Shown: positions 1 through 11,660 of the stretch, in pieces
Numbering within the stretch: position 1 is the stretch's first letter
Layout: each line of letters starts with the position of its first letter
Source: Bilabrum cf. latius
Lineage: Eukaryota
Assembly: GCA_965178125.1 (NCBI GenBank)
Contig: OZ237745.1
Location: forward strand, 930,001 to 994,000
Direction of reading: 5' to 3'
DNA: 64,000 nt
Translations under genes and position numbers: made by a program
Notes under the pieces: generated by a model
Told to the model about the DNA's origin: nothing
The model's database searches: none
What the model saw: only the letters and a program-made list of their open reading frames with translations

Positions 1-1333
1 CGATCGAGCGCTCCACGAGCAACCCGCCAGCGGTGCCAGGAACGCAGCCCCGAAGCTCCAACATCGTGCCTCCTTTTCTATCGGGCACTGCGAACAGTTC
101 CCCACCAATGAGCGCTTTGGATCCGACTGGGAGCGACTCTTCCACCACGGCCATGCTCTTGGCGACCGTCCCGAGGCCTTGCAGCAACCCGGCGAGAGAA
201 GGTAGGAGCGAGACGATACTGCCCACCCACGTGCGATTGACTGCCCACTTTTTCTGCTGCTTGTCTTTCCAGAGGCGCTCGGTTTTATGCGGTGCTGGCT
301 CCTCCAATCCCACTGCGGGAGCCCCAGGTGCGGTTGCAGGCGGACTGGCAGTGGAGACCCACCCGTATTCGAACGGTCTGCCACCGGCTCGTTTCGAAGA
401 TTTTCTAAGTGCAGGCACTCGGGCAGAGACACGGCCCCTTGGCAGCACGTGCGACTCTTCTTGCGCTCTTGCTCCGCTTCCGCTTCCGTCCTGCCTAAAC
501 CTCCGCTGGTGCGGGGTGGTACCGTCCAGGAGGTACTCGAGCAGGAAGGACGTGAGAGTATCTTCCGGCTGCGACGATACTGCAGGCTTCTGTCCGGGTG
601 AGGCTGCTGCAGCTGCTGCTGGCTGCGACTCTGTGGCAGTGGCATGATTCCGAGTGCCGAGTTGGTGCTCGCCTGGCAGCATGGAGGAGAGGTGCTGGAG
701 ATCCGAGCGAGCGCCGCCTCCCAGCGTGTACTTGCTTGCCTCGTGGGCCAAATCACTTTCTTTCATGACCCCCGCTTCGAGAAGCGTTTCATTCAGCACG
801 CCGCCGGGCATGGTAATCTCCATTCGCCTTTCACCAGTCTGGCGTAGCAGGGAGTCCTTACCCGGACCACGTGATCCGAAACGGGGCTGTACGCGGGATG
901 ACATTGCCAGTCTAGCACCCAAATCATGCGGAGAGATTGCAACCTGTATTCCTTCATCAGTGGTCAAGGTAGGCGAGTGATGCACGCAGCAGCTGCCCTA
1001 GGACACTACAATGTCCGTTCTAACTCCTAGCGCCTCCATGAGAGTCGAAGCAGCGCGAAGGACATAAACTTCGCGCTTTGCAACAGCCGGCTACTTCCCC
1101 ATCGTTTCGATCGCGTCAGATTTGGTCGACAAGGCGCCCTCGATGAAGCCCTTTGCACAGGAGCCGTGCTTCTTGCCTAGCCGGGCCAAATCCATCGCAT
1201 CCCGAGGGATAATCTGCCACCTGTTGAATGAAGTAGCTTTACTTGAAAAGTATAAGCCCGTGATCCCTGCGACGATCGCTGCTGAGGCCGAGACAGCGGC
1301 TGCCGCCAGCAATTCCCGGTCTTTGTCCTGCAT
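1..1333 (-). CDS. GIDE-domain (MUL1/SP1-like) membrane protein, 3'-partial (runs off window start)
   Basis: N-terminal TM (AAAVSASAAIVAGITGLYF). The frame stays open to position 1 when two in-frame TAGs (1091, ~998) are read as Gln. The motif EESLPVGSKALIGGELF resembles the GIDE C-terminal motif. Confidence 0.45.
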
Positions 1334-1581
1334 ACAAGACGCTCAAAGCCAAGCAAGCAATCAGATTCTCGACAAGTGACAAACAGTGTAAAAGTTGTGT
1401 TGCCTTGACGAGCAACAAGAGACGCGGGCCAATACTTATCGAAGGAATGAGGCGAATTCTCCAAACGAATAGCCTGTCCTCGTCACGATCTGTGCCACTC
1501 TACTTGGCGTCTAGGCTGTACCGATCATATTGCTTTCACTTGATGAGCAAACTGAAGCTGTCGAAAGTCTAATACGCTCCA

Positions 1582-3834
1582 ATGGCTTCGGAATTGGAGT
1601 GTCCAATTTGCTGCGAGAGCTATGAAGATATAGCCTATCGGTGCAAATAGTGCAAATTCCTGGCTTGCGAGTCCTGCGTATTGCGCCGTTCCCAGACAAG
1701 CAATCACTGCATCGGCAACTGTTCATTACGGATTGTACCGAGACGCTGGAGGCAACACTACGATGTTGTCGAGGTCAAGCACATTGCATTGGATGACGGG
1801 AATTCAAACGTGTTGTCGCTGAAAATAGCAGAGCAAGGAGAGATTTTCGCAGAATACGAAGCAGAGTTGAAGAAAGCACAGGCTGAATAGAAAGGAAAGG
1901 ATAATCGGTCAGCTCTTCGTACATGCCAAGCATTCGTGCTTCGAGGCATGCACGCCGAGGCCATACGGCTGGGTCGGTTACATGGCATCCCACCAGCGAA
2001 ATTTGGCGTGTCAAATAGCGACGTTCAAGCATACTAGGGTATAGCACGAGCGCAGCTGCGTGCAAGGCAGCAAGCAAGGTTGGCTGCGAGATCCGAACCC
2101 CTCAAGTTCGTGGTATCGCGGATGCAGCGCGATGCTCCAGTGGCAGTTGACGTGGCATCCTCGAGCTCCGTCTCCGAGACTTCGAGCAGCGACGACGAAG
2201 AACAGAGAGAGCCCGCTGAAGCCACCGATGCCAGTATTGCTGCGCGGTCGGCCTGCTAGTAGCACCCAGAGTCTCCGCTAAGTAGCCCGGGCCCGCACCA
2301 CCGCACGGGTGCCATGCCCGAGGCCTCGGCCGCTGGTAGCGCCAGTAGCGACAGCAGCGACAGCGACGGAGATGGAGAGATCCAGGTATTAGCAGATTTG
2401 AATTGGAGGCGCGCAAGGGGGCCTCGATCGGGCGGCAAGCGGGCACAGAGGGGGGCTAGAGCAGGCGCCCTCTCTTCTCGATCGGGCGGCAAGCGGGCAC
2501 AGAGGGGGGCTAGAGCAGGCGCCCTCTCTTCTCGATCGGGCGACAAGCGGGCACAGAGGGGGGCTAGAGCAGGCGCCCTCTCTTCTCGATCGGGCGGCAA
2601 GCGGGCACAGAGGGGGGCTAGAGCAGGCGCCCTCTCTTCTCGATCGGGCGGCAAGCGGGCACAGAGGGGGGCTAGAGCAGGCGCCCTGTCTACTCGCGCA
2701 GGACGCACCAGGCGACTGGCAGGCCCATCATCGCAGGCTTCTTCTGCGGGAATGCGCGCTGTGAGTGCTAGGGGCCGTATCAGTTCCAGAAGACGGGCCC
2801 CTGGACGCACTGGGGGCTCTCAGCACCTTGGACGCACTGGACGTCGCTCGTCTATTTCGCGCAGTGCGCAGGTGCCTTCTTTGATCATGAGGCTGTTCGG
2901 GCAGGCAACGGTTCCAGATCACGCTGGCGGCAAACTTCCAGAAGTCGACCGAAAATCGCTTCCTGGCGCAGGAGCCAGGCTTGTTTCAATCGGCAGCAAT
3001 TCCATGACACCCGCTGAGCAGCGGCTATCGGGTGAATCAAGTAGTGCTATTGTGTCCCCAATCCTGCGATCTGTTCAGTCTGTCGATCTGCTGGATGAAG
3101 ATGATTGTAGCAGTATCAGCGGGAGCGATAGAGAGGAAACTAAGGAGGAGACGGACGGCAAGCACTCAACCGGGGCCCAAGTATGGCGTGCCGACAGCCG
3201 ATCGAATGATTCTGGCGCTGTGGATGCTATGCAGAGCTCTGATGGAGCTGCCCGTGGTTCGAGAAAAGCGATATAGACAGCTTCGCCGAAAGGTAGTGGC
3301 AAGTAGTATGGCTCGTTATCCGATGCTGATGCATCGAGCGATGTGCTCGCGGCAGACCAGTCGACCATGTCAATACTAGAGAGTGATGTAATCCCCAGAC
3401 TTCGGCGCGGTCCACCGGCGAGGTCAACTGAACCCGCGGATAGCTCCGGCTCACGCCAAGACCACTCCCTCCGAGATAGCACGCGAAAATCAGGGCGCAA
3501 AGCTGGGTCTTTAGGCGTTGATGGTGACGGTGAATCGTGTGCGGTGCTGGCTGATGGTGAACGCGACGCTTGCAGCAGAGCTGGTTGCTCGACCGATGGG
3601 GCAGGAGCTCTAGGTTCAGGCAACAAACGCCCCCGTGAGAGCGAAGCTCATAGTTTGGGAGAAGCGGGTGATCAAAGTGGGCTTGCTGGCAAGGAGGCTG
3701 ACAGCAGCCAAGTGAAGCGAGCTCGGACAGAAGCACAACCGGGAGTTGGGCCGAAATCGTGCAGCGCGGAACGCAGTTCGCCTGGTACGGATGATATGGT
3801 TGACGAGCTATTCACGCAACCCGCGTCGTAGTGA
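1582..3834 (+). CDS. N-terminal RING-like zinc-finger protein with long low-complexity/basic tail (~750 aa with TAG=Gln)
   Basis: MASELECPICCESYEDIAYRCK*CKFLACESC...HCIGNC. ORFs 1681, 2314 and 3343 share one frame and are joined only by TAGs (including TAG-TAG at 2257-2262). The gene ends TAG-TGA at 3829-3834. Confidence 0.7.
2423..2692 (+). repeat. 54-bp coding minisatellite, 5 copies (RSGGKRAQRGARAGALSS)
   Basis: Units start at 2423, 2477, 2531, 2585 and 2639 and are near-identical. Confidence 0.95.
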
Positions 3835-3923
3835 ACAGCAAACCAGATATTATGTAAATAGAAATAGGTTCGCTCAATCTTAGAATCGCAACGCCATCCT
3901 GGACCATTCAAATAAGAACGACC

Positions 3924-6900
3924 TCATTGCTCTGACCGGTCTTTCAGTCCACCCTGCATGGCTCTCGACGGAGCGGCGACGTCGAAGTTGAAGTGGCTGC
4001 TGTGGCTCGTGCTAGTGCGCGCTTTACTGTCCGTGTCCCCGCTCGGAAGCCAGGAGTCTTGACCTTGCTTCGTCTTGGCAGCCCAATCGCCAGCTCTACT
4101 GTTCTCGAGCAGTCCTTGGTCTTCCGGGTGCTCCTTTTTCTTGGAGCTGCTCCTTGACGACTGCCTACCGGACCGTGCGGAGGCAGACCCGTGCTGAGCT
4201 AGCTGAGCGTCAGTGGCGATGTCCTGCACCGTGGCCCGCAGGTCAGGCAGCGAGGCCACGAGCTCGCCGGGCAGCAGACTCAGCAGGTTCCGAGCAGACC
4301 GCAGGGGCACTCCCAGCTCCGACACGTTCGGGTAGTAGAACAGCAGCAGGATCAGAGAGAAGACGCCAACGAACGACCAGGACACTACGTTCAACAAGCT
4401 CTTGCCAAAGCTGAGCTTGTCGTCGACCAGGTTGGACAGGAGCGTAGCTGAAACGCTTGCCCCGAGCTTGACGAACGGGTGCTCAATATAGAGTGCGTTG
4501 ACCACTTCCTCAGCCAGCAATGGCGAGCTGGCTAGAAGGTATATCAGTTCGGTGGAGTTCGCATTGGGCATATGGTGCCTCTTTAGTCTCTACCTCGCCT
4601 CTGCTTCTGTTCTGGGCGCGTTGCTTGTCACGATCCTGCCGTGGCTCAGCAGCGCAGACACAGCCGAGATCAGACCTTCAGACAGTACGCCGCCATCCAC
4701 CGCCCTGCACTTCGCCTCGTTGATTCGAGCTGCGTCGGGGTCCAAAGCAATCAGCCCATCAGTGGTGATAGGGCTGTATTTGGCAGCCAGACACACGTCC
4801 TACTCGAAGATGGCCCGCACCTGCCCCTCGGGGGTGGATGTGTCCTGCTCGCTCAGCTTACTCAGGTCGAGCGTGCTGCCTGCCAACTCCTCTGACACAG
4901 CACCCCCGAACACGACCAGGTTAGCGGTAGCGGATAGAGCCTTCTCGTTGTGGTCAGCTTCGTCCAGGATGGGGCCCCATTTGGTCGTGTTGCGCTCGAT
5001 GCTGAGATCGAGCAGGTCGTTCACGTACTGGTTCACATGCCTTCGAGACAGGAACACAGCCATGATGCGCTCGCCCACCGAGCTCAAACTCTGGCTCTGA
5101 ATCAGCTGCAGAGACACCACGAAGAGTAGATGGAACAGCACCAATACGACAGGAAGCAGCAGCCACATCACGGTGCGCTGCACGAAGGACGAAGAGTTGC
5201 GGTAGGGCCGCAGCGTGATCTCCCTGTCAGAGTAAAGCAGCCTGCGCCTGGTCATGCCCAAGCTGTGGTCTTGGTTGTGCTTGACCTTGCTCGACTTCTT
5301 GAGCGTGTCACCAATGGAGTATATCTTCACGCGGCTCTGCTTGTCATCGTCCTGGCCCATCTGCCGCCTGGACGCGGCGCGCAGGACTCCACCGAACCCT
5401 GCTGATGCCGCCCCTGCTTCCGCCACATTGTCCAGCTCAGCATCTGTCTCATTCATGATCAGCTGTCGCTCGGCCTCCTCCTCATCGTCCCCGTTGTCGT
5501 AGTCATCATCCATGCCGTGCGCATCTTCAGCAGTCTCGGCCGCGTCTGCCTCGGCCAGCACCTTCTCAAGCATCAGGCTGGACCGGCCTCGCATGGCTTG
5601 TGCCACGGGCTACGGAATTACCATGAATGCCTCCAGCACATTTGTGGCTCGTGCACCGAGAGAACGGGCTGTCTGCACGAAGCAGAAGAAGGCCACGACA
5701 AGCAGCGAAAGAAGGAGCACACCGCCGGCAACGGAGATCTCAAGCAGAGTCTGCTGCATATAGTCCACGTAGTCTTTCTGCCACAGGTTAGAAGCATGCT
5801 GCATGCGGTGCATCAGGCCGTTGGCATTGGCCCTCACAGTGCGCACATCGCCGTTGCTCACTGTGATGTTCGCGAGGTGCAGCCTGGCGATCCTCTGCAG
5901 CGTGGAGACCATCTCCTCGATCTCTTGCACTAGCGGGACTTCAAGCACGGACAGAGGCTCGTCAGGAGAATGCACGTCGTCCTCGCCGTAGAGACTAGAC
6001 GACAGTTCGTCCTCGCTTTGGTGTTCGTTACCGTCGGGTAGCGTCTTAAAGCTATGCAGCTCCCCTGTCTCGTACGCATGGCCCTCCTTCTTGAAGCCCA
6101 CGTCCTACACCTGCGTGTTGGCCTGCTGCAGCTGCTCGATCGCGAATAGCAGTGCTCGGTTGGACTCGCCCATGCTGCCCAGAGATGCCTCGATGCCCTC
6201 TTGCACGTGTTCTTGCTGCTCGATGATGTGCTCGTCATCTGAAATCGAGGTCTGACGTTGCTAGAGCTGTGCCACTAATGCAGCAGTGGTGTTGAAGTAA
6301 CCAGGAGCAGCAGTCACGGTCTCGTTTAGCATTGCCTCCGCTGTTGCAGATGCAGCAATTCGTCCAATGAGGCTGCTCTCTTCTTCACGCAGCTCCACAA
6401 GAGCCCTCTGGTAAGCATTGGTGACTGCCTTGCGCTCTGCATCCACGATGGCAGCCGTGACCTCACCCCTGGCGAGCTGGAATGCAGCAGTGCGGTGCCC
6501 CACGAGCCAGATGGCCTGCTTGGCTTGTCCCAGCTTGTCCATCTTGATCCCCACCCAAACCACGGCGATGGTGGCGAAGCACACGGCCATGACGATGAGC
6601 ATGAGCAGGAGGTTGCGTATCTTCCACACCTCTGGCTCGGCCATGTCCTTGAGCTGCGAAAGGGCCCTGGACAACTGGCTGCTGGCACTCGAGCCGGCAG
6701 AGCCTACACTGGCTGCCTTGCCGGCCCCTGATCGAGCTGGTGCTCGGGCCATTGGTGGAGCCACAGTATGTCCAGTGTGTGTACGAAATGTGTTCTGGCG
6801 CTGCATACCATGTATTTGGCTACTTCCAGCTGCCATGGCGCCTTGTAGTAGCCTTGATCCATCCGCAGGCCTCCCACTCGACGCGAGAGATCTCCGAGCT

Positions 6901-9900
6901 CCAGTCCCGCCAGATAGACGGGGTAGCACGACCATCACTGTCTGCTCCTGTTGCTGCATATTCCTGGACTAGCGCCGAGTCCTAGATCCGCGACGGCTTG
7001 GGCCGCCTAACATTGCTGGGTTGATTCTCTGTGATCCTGGTGAAAGGAGGTTTGCGTTTGAGCTTGAATGAGTGCGACCAGCCTAATCCTCGCCCGTCTC
7101 TTGCTCCTATGCAGCAATACTCGCCAATGTGGCCTCAACAGCATCTTCATTTCCTTCTTTTGTTGGGCGTTCTTCCTGTTTAGCTGCTGGCAAGACGCTT
7201 GGGCTCCGAACAGTCTCTTTATCTGTATGCTCTAACTCTGCGAGGAGGTTGATATCGTCGCCGCCTGCGACGCCACCAGCCGATGTTGGTCGTTTCGTTT
7301 CTTCCGCTCGATCTTCGGCACGGTCCTGCTCCGCAGCGCCTCGCAGCCCGCGGAGGACGCTCTGTGTGGGGTGGATCCCGTCCTGGTGAGGAGGCGGCAG
7401 CACCACCTGCTCCTTGCGCTCCTTCACCGTGCGGTTGCCGCCGCTCTTGTTCTGCCCGGATCCTTGCTTCTTCTGCGACCTCTGCTTCTTCTTACCGTGC
7501 AAGTGTCCATCGCCATCAGCATCTCGCGATTGGAAGGCCACAGGCTGGGTCTCAGTCAGCCCCGAGGTGGCAGTGCCGGTGCGGCTGAATGGACGGCGGG
7601 CCTACCCGTCGCGTTCACCCTCCTGGTGGGTAGATGAAGCATCTGAGTCGCTCCCAGACCCCAGTCCGTAGCTCTCTCCGCCTGATTGGGTGTAGGTCTG
7701 GCCGTCCTCGTCGTCATCCGCGAAGGAGTCCGTCTCGATCACGTTCAGTCGCACTACGTAGAACACGGGCACTGCCTTGAGCAGCACCTTCTGCGCCACC
7801 CCGATCGCGAGCTTGTCGCCGTCGGACGTGTTCTGCATGGGGATCAGTCCAGGCGCCTTGAGCTTGAACATGTTGGGAACAGTGGCAGTCGCACCTCCCT
7901 GCACCCCCTTGGTCTTCGTGGCCCTGTTGGGCTTGGCCCCTCGGCTTGGACCGGCAGCATAGGACCCATCAGCCGCCATGGACTGCATGCTGCGGCGCCT
8001 GGCGTACATCTGCGAGCGGATGGCCTTGGCTTCCTCCATCGCAGCGATCAGGTTGGTGAAGGAGCCGCTGCTGTCCGCAACGCCAATGGCACCTGCACCA
8101 ACACCGGGAAGTCTGCTCTCACCCTTGGCTTTGCGTCGAGCAAGGCTGCAATCGACGTCGACCACACCGATTGAGTGAGCGCTCGGCATCTCCCCCTCAT
8201 CCTTCAGCGATGAATCGCCCGAAGCCGCCACCGCTGCCGCCGCTCCACTGGTGGAGTGCCTGCGCCCCTTTGTTGTTGTTGTAGTGGTGGGGCCTCGGAC
8301 ATCTGGGTCAGCGATGGTCTGCACCTGGTGACCGCCGTCCTTGCCCCGAGGCACACGCGATTGCCCCCTGTCCTACCTCTGGCCCCCTGACTTGCCCTTG
8401 CTTCCGCTCATGCGCTTGCCCAGAGCGTTTGCCTGCTTCTCATCAGGGCCCTTGTCCTTGCGCCGACGCAGCAGGTCCCGCAGATCAGACACGCCGCTCT
8501 GGCGAGAAATGGCCTGCAGCTCGGCCTTGCTCAGCTGAATGTCACCGCCAGTGAAGTCCTGCGCCACGGTGGGGAAAAAGTTCGCGGCCGACACGTGCTC
8601 CTGCATCAGCATCTCGCCCTCCAAGCCCAGGAATTCACACGCGCGGGCCGTCGCAGCGTATATCCTGAAGTTGGACGCGGCATCGCCGATGAACAGGAAG
8701 GCCTCATTGGTGTTGACAGGGTCCAGCGTGGCGGTGAAGCGGGGCTCGGACGACTCCCGGTCGGGCGGCGACTCTCGGACCACAAGCCAAATGGGCATGA
8801 TGGAGCCGTCCCGCGTCTGTCCAAACAGGAGCCTCTGGTGACCCACAACCATGGACTTGCGCTTGCGGCGGAAGCGAAGCAGCATGCCGTCATGCTGCTG
8901 CTTGAGCGGCGGAGGCACGATCGTTCTTATATTCATTCCAACGAAGGCGCTCTGAGAGTACCCAAACAGGCGGCATGCAGCTAGATTTGCACTGATTACA
9001 TCGCCGAGGCTGCTCGACGCTCCACTGATCGACACGATGGCGGCATTGTCGTTGAGGAACGATGCCGTCTTGATGCTGTCTCCGAACTTCACGTTCTTGA
9101 TCTGGCGCATCCGGTTCCGCATTCCTGTCTCGTCCAGGCGCTCGGCCTTGGTCAACAGCTCCGTGGCCTTAGCAGGGAGGTTCTTCAGGTCGATCAGGTG
9201 CTGAGCATACGCTCGCAGCGTCTTGGTCGAGGTGGGATTCAGCTCCAGCAGCCTGGTGAAGGCAGCCTCGATCCGAGTCAGCGTGCCCTGCAGTGCCACA
9301 CCGGTGGTCTCCACCGCCACCAGGTCCGGCGTGCCCTCCGACATGATGTCCCATAGCTGCTGCAGCAGACGGTACGCCTCGATGCGCAGCTGAGCCGACT
9401 GCTTCTGCTCCTGGTCGAACATGATGCGCTCGATGGGACCCAGCCCGCTGCCGTCGCTCTCGTTGAGTCTGCGCAGCCGTGAGTAGATGTAGAACCTCGA
9501 ATCGAAGGCGGGCTGTCTCTTGAGTGCCCTGGCCAGGCACAGACACTCCTGGGTGTGGAACATGAAGTGGTACCTGTAAAAGGTGCTGGCCAGCAGCGCC
9601 GACACCTCGCTCGTGGAGAAGTGCTCGATGCAGTGTTCGTATCCCACGCGGGCCGACTCGAGCAGTCGCTCCTTCTCGGCCTCCAGCTCCTCGATGGTCA
9701 GCTGGTCGGCGGACTGCAGCGGCATGCCCAGGCTGGCATGGTGCCTGGCCAGCTGGGTCAGCAAGCGGCGCTGTCGGTCATCAGCCGTCTCTGCGGGACC
9801 ATCACTCTTGCCCGCCTTGCCTGCAGCCACCTCGCCATCGCTGTCAGATGTCTCACCCGTGGTGTCATTGCGATGCTCTTCCTCGTCGTCGTTGTTCCAT

Positions 9901-11388
9901 TCCTCGTCGTCGCCTTCGCCGCGCAGGTGAGCGGCGGCCGAGCCTCCCCGATCCGCCACCGCCTGGAACGCCGCGTACAGCTGCATCCGGTGGTTGCACC
10001 ACACGGCCACGTCGTAGGGGGACCTGAGCTGGTCCACGGGGGTCTGCGTGATGGCATTCGAGTACCTCAGTGAGACGGACATGGCCGCCAAGAAGGCCAC
10101 CGGGGAGCACACATACAGCAGCAACACGGTGTTCTCCACGCCGGCCAGCTGGGCCGCCCCAAGCGAGATGGCCGAGATCGTGAACACCGCCCAGATGCCC
10201 GCCTGGAACGCGTTCACCCACGCGTGCACGTGCGGCTGGTATGCCACGAAGGCCCACATGGCTGCCAGGCCAAAGGCCACCAGCACGATGGTCAAGAAGG
10301 CCGAGCCCACCAGATGCTCGTCCAGCACGTTGTAGATGAAGGCCAGCACCAGCTTGGCCAGCAGGATGCCGGCGTCCACCCGCCCCGTGCTGCGAGCGGC
10401 CCACGACTGAGAGGCCGGGTCCCTGTCCACGTACACGGCTGCCACCGTGAGCGACATGAGGGCGAAGCCGACCAGCAGGATGGCCAGCAGGATGGCGATG
10501 ACGATCCTGCCGGGGCTGTTGCACTGCATGCCGGTGCCCATCCAGGAGTCGTGGTGGGAGGGGCAGCTGAGGCCCCGGAGCATGATGGAGCTGAGCGGCA
10601 GGTAGAGGATGGTAGTGGACAGCGTGGCGACCGAGCGCAGGATGCGCAGCACGAATGAGCTGTGCGGGAGTTCGTAGTGGAAGTTGTAGGCCGTCAGGAC
10701 GGTCAGTCCGAGGAAGAGCCCGACGTAGACAGCTCCCACGGCAAGGAGAGCGAGGTAGGCGGCCGTGCCGCCGACGACGTCCATTCTGGAGGTGGTGGTG
10801 TAGCTGAGTCCAACAGCCACAGGATAGACGGCCTCTGAATCTTCCCATGGCTGCTGGTAGGCTCGGTTGATTCTGCGAGGCGATCGCAAGCTGGAACTTG
10901 AAACGTTACACTTGCTATCAAAAACAGCCGAGACCGAGCACACCTACAGCATCCGGTTTAGTGTAAGCATAGTAATCGGGTAGACATCAATTGATGATTT
11001 GCCTCGGGTGCCTCAAACCCGAAAGGTGTCACCCAACAAGCGCCGTCGTCCTCGCCTGCCCAGATTGGACCACTACATCACAAAACGCAACTATTCCACT
11101 TTCGATAAAGGTGCAGGTAATTGCATTTGCTATTAATTATACATAAGGACAAGTTGCTATCCCAGGTAGTGCAGCTCGAAGGGACGCTGCAGTTGTGAAG
11201 TGAATTCTGGCTCACGTGAATACCATCGTCTAGGCTAACTATAGAAGCAGGCCGATGTAGATAGCCCGCTACGTGATCCCAACATCTTTGAGTAGAATGT
11301 ATAGAGCCCCTGAGAAAGCGGACGAAACATTTGCAAAGGCGCGCTCAAGCCAACTGGCCTGCGTCTTGTCCAAGGTCCCACCCGACAT
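3924..11388 (-). CDS. TmcB/TmcC-like multi-pass membrane PAS-domain protein, copy A (~2373 aa; exons 11388-11216 and 10872-3924)
   Basis: N-terminal multi-TM region, then a helical region, a PAS domain (NLAACRLFGYSQSAFVGMNIRTIVPPPLKQQHDGML) and further TM pairs. All ORF pieces are in one frame and joined by TAG. GT-AG intron 11215-10873; TGA stop. Confidence 0.8.
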
Positions 11389-11660
11389 GGTTTCTACTTT
11401 CAATCTGTTTGCAAGTCTATTCGAGCAATAATTTACTCCAATACAGAATTGCCGAGTCGCAGCTGTAACTTCTGCCCACCTATCGTTAAATGTGCGCGAA
11501 CAGTCGGCAGTCACTTCCCTGTCAATCCAAGTCGCTCACCACGTCCTCTGGCGATTTTGGTCGCAACTTGAAGCATCTGGGCGGCCATGGCTCGAATACC
11601 ATTCGCGAATGAGGTGAAGGATTATACTAGCCGCATCAATCTCATTTCATGCTGAACTCA

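Noticed and set aside
4800-4802. UAG=Glu (this TAG aligns with GAG in the paralogue), or Trp via A-to-I editing, or pyrrolysine
   Set aside because: Six other paralogue differences pair TAG with Gln codons, and motif VI requires Gln. A single Q/E change is a normal substitution.
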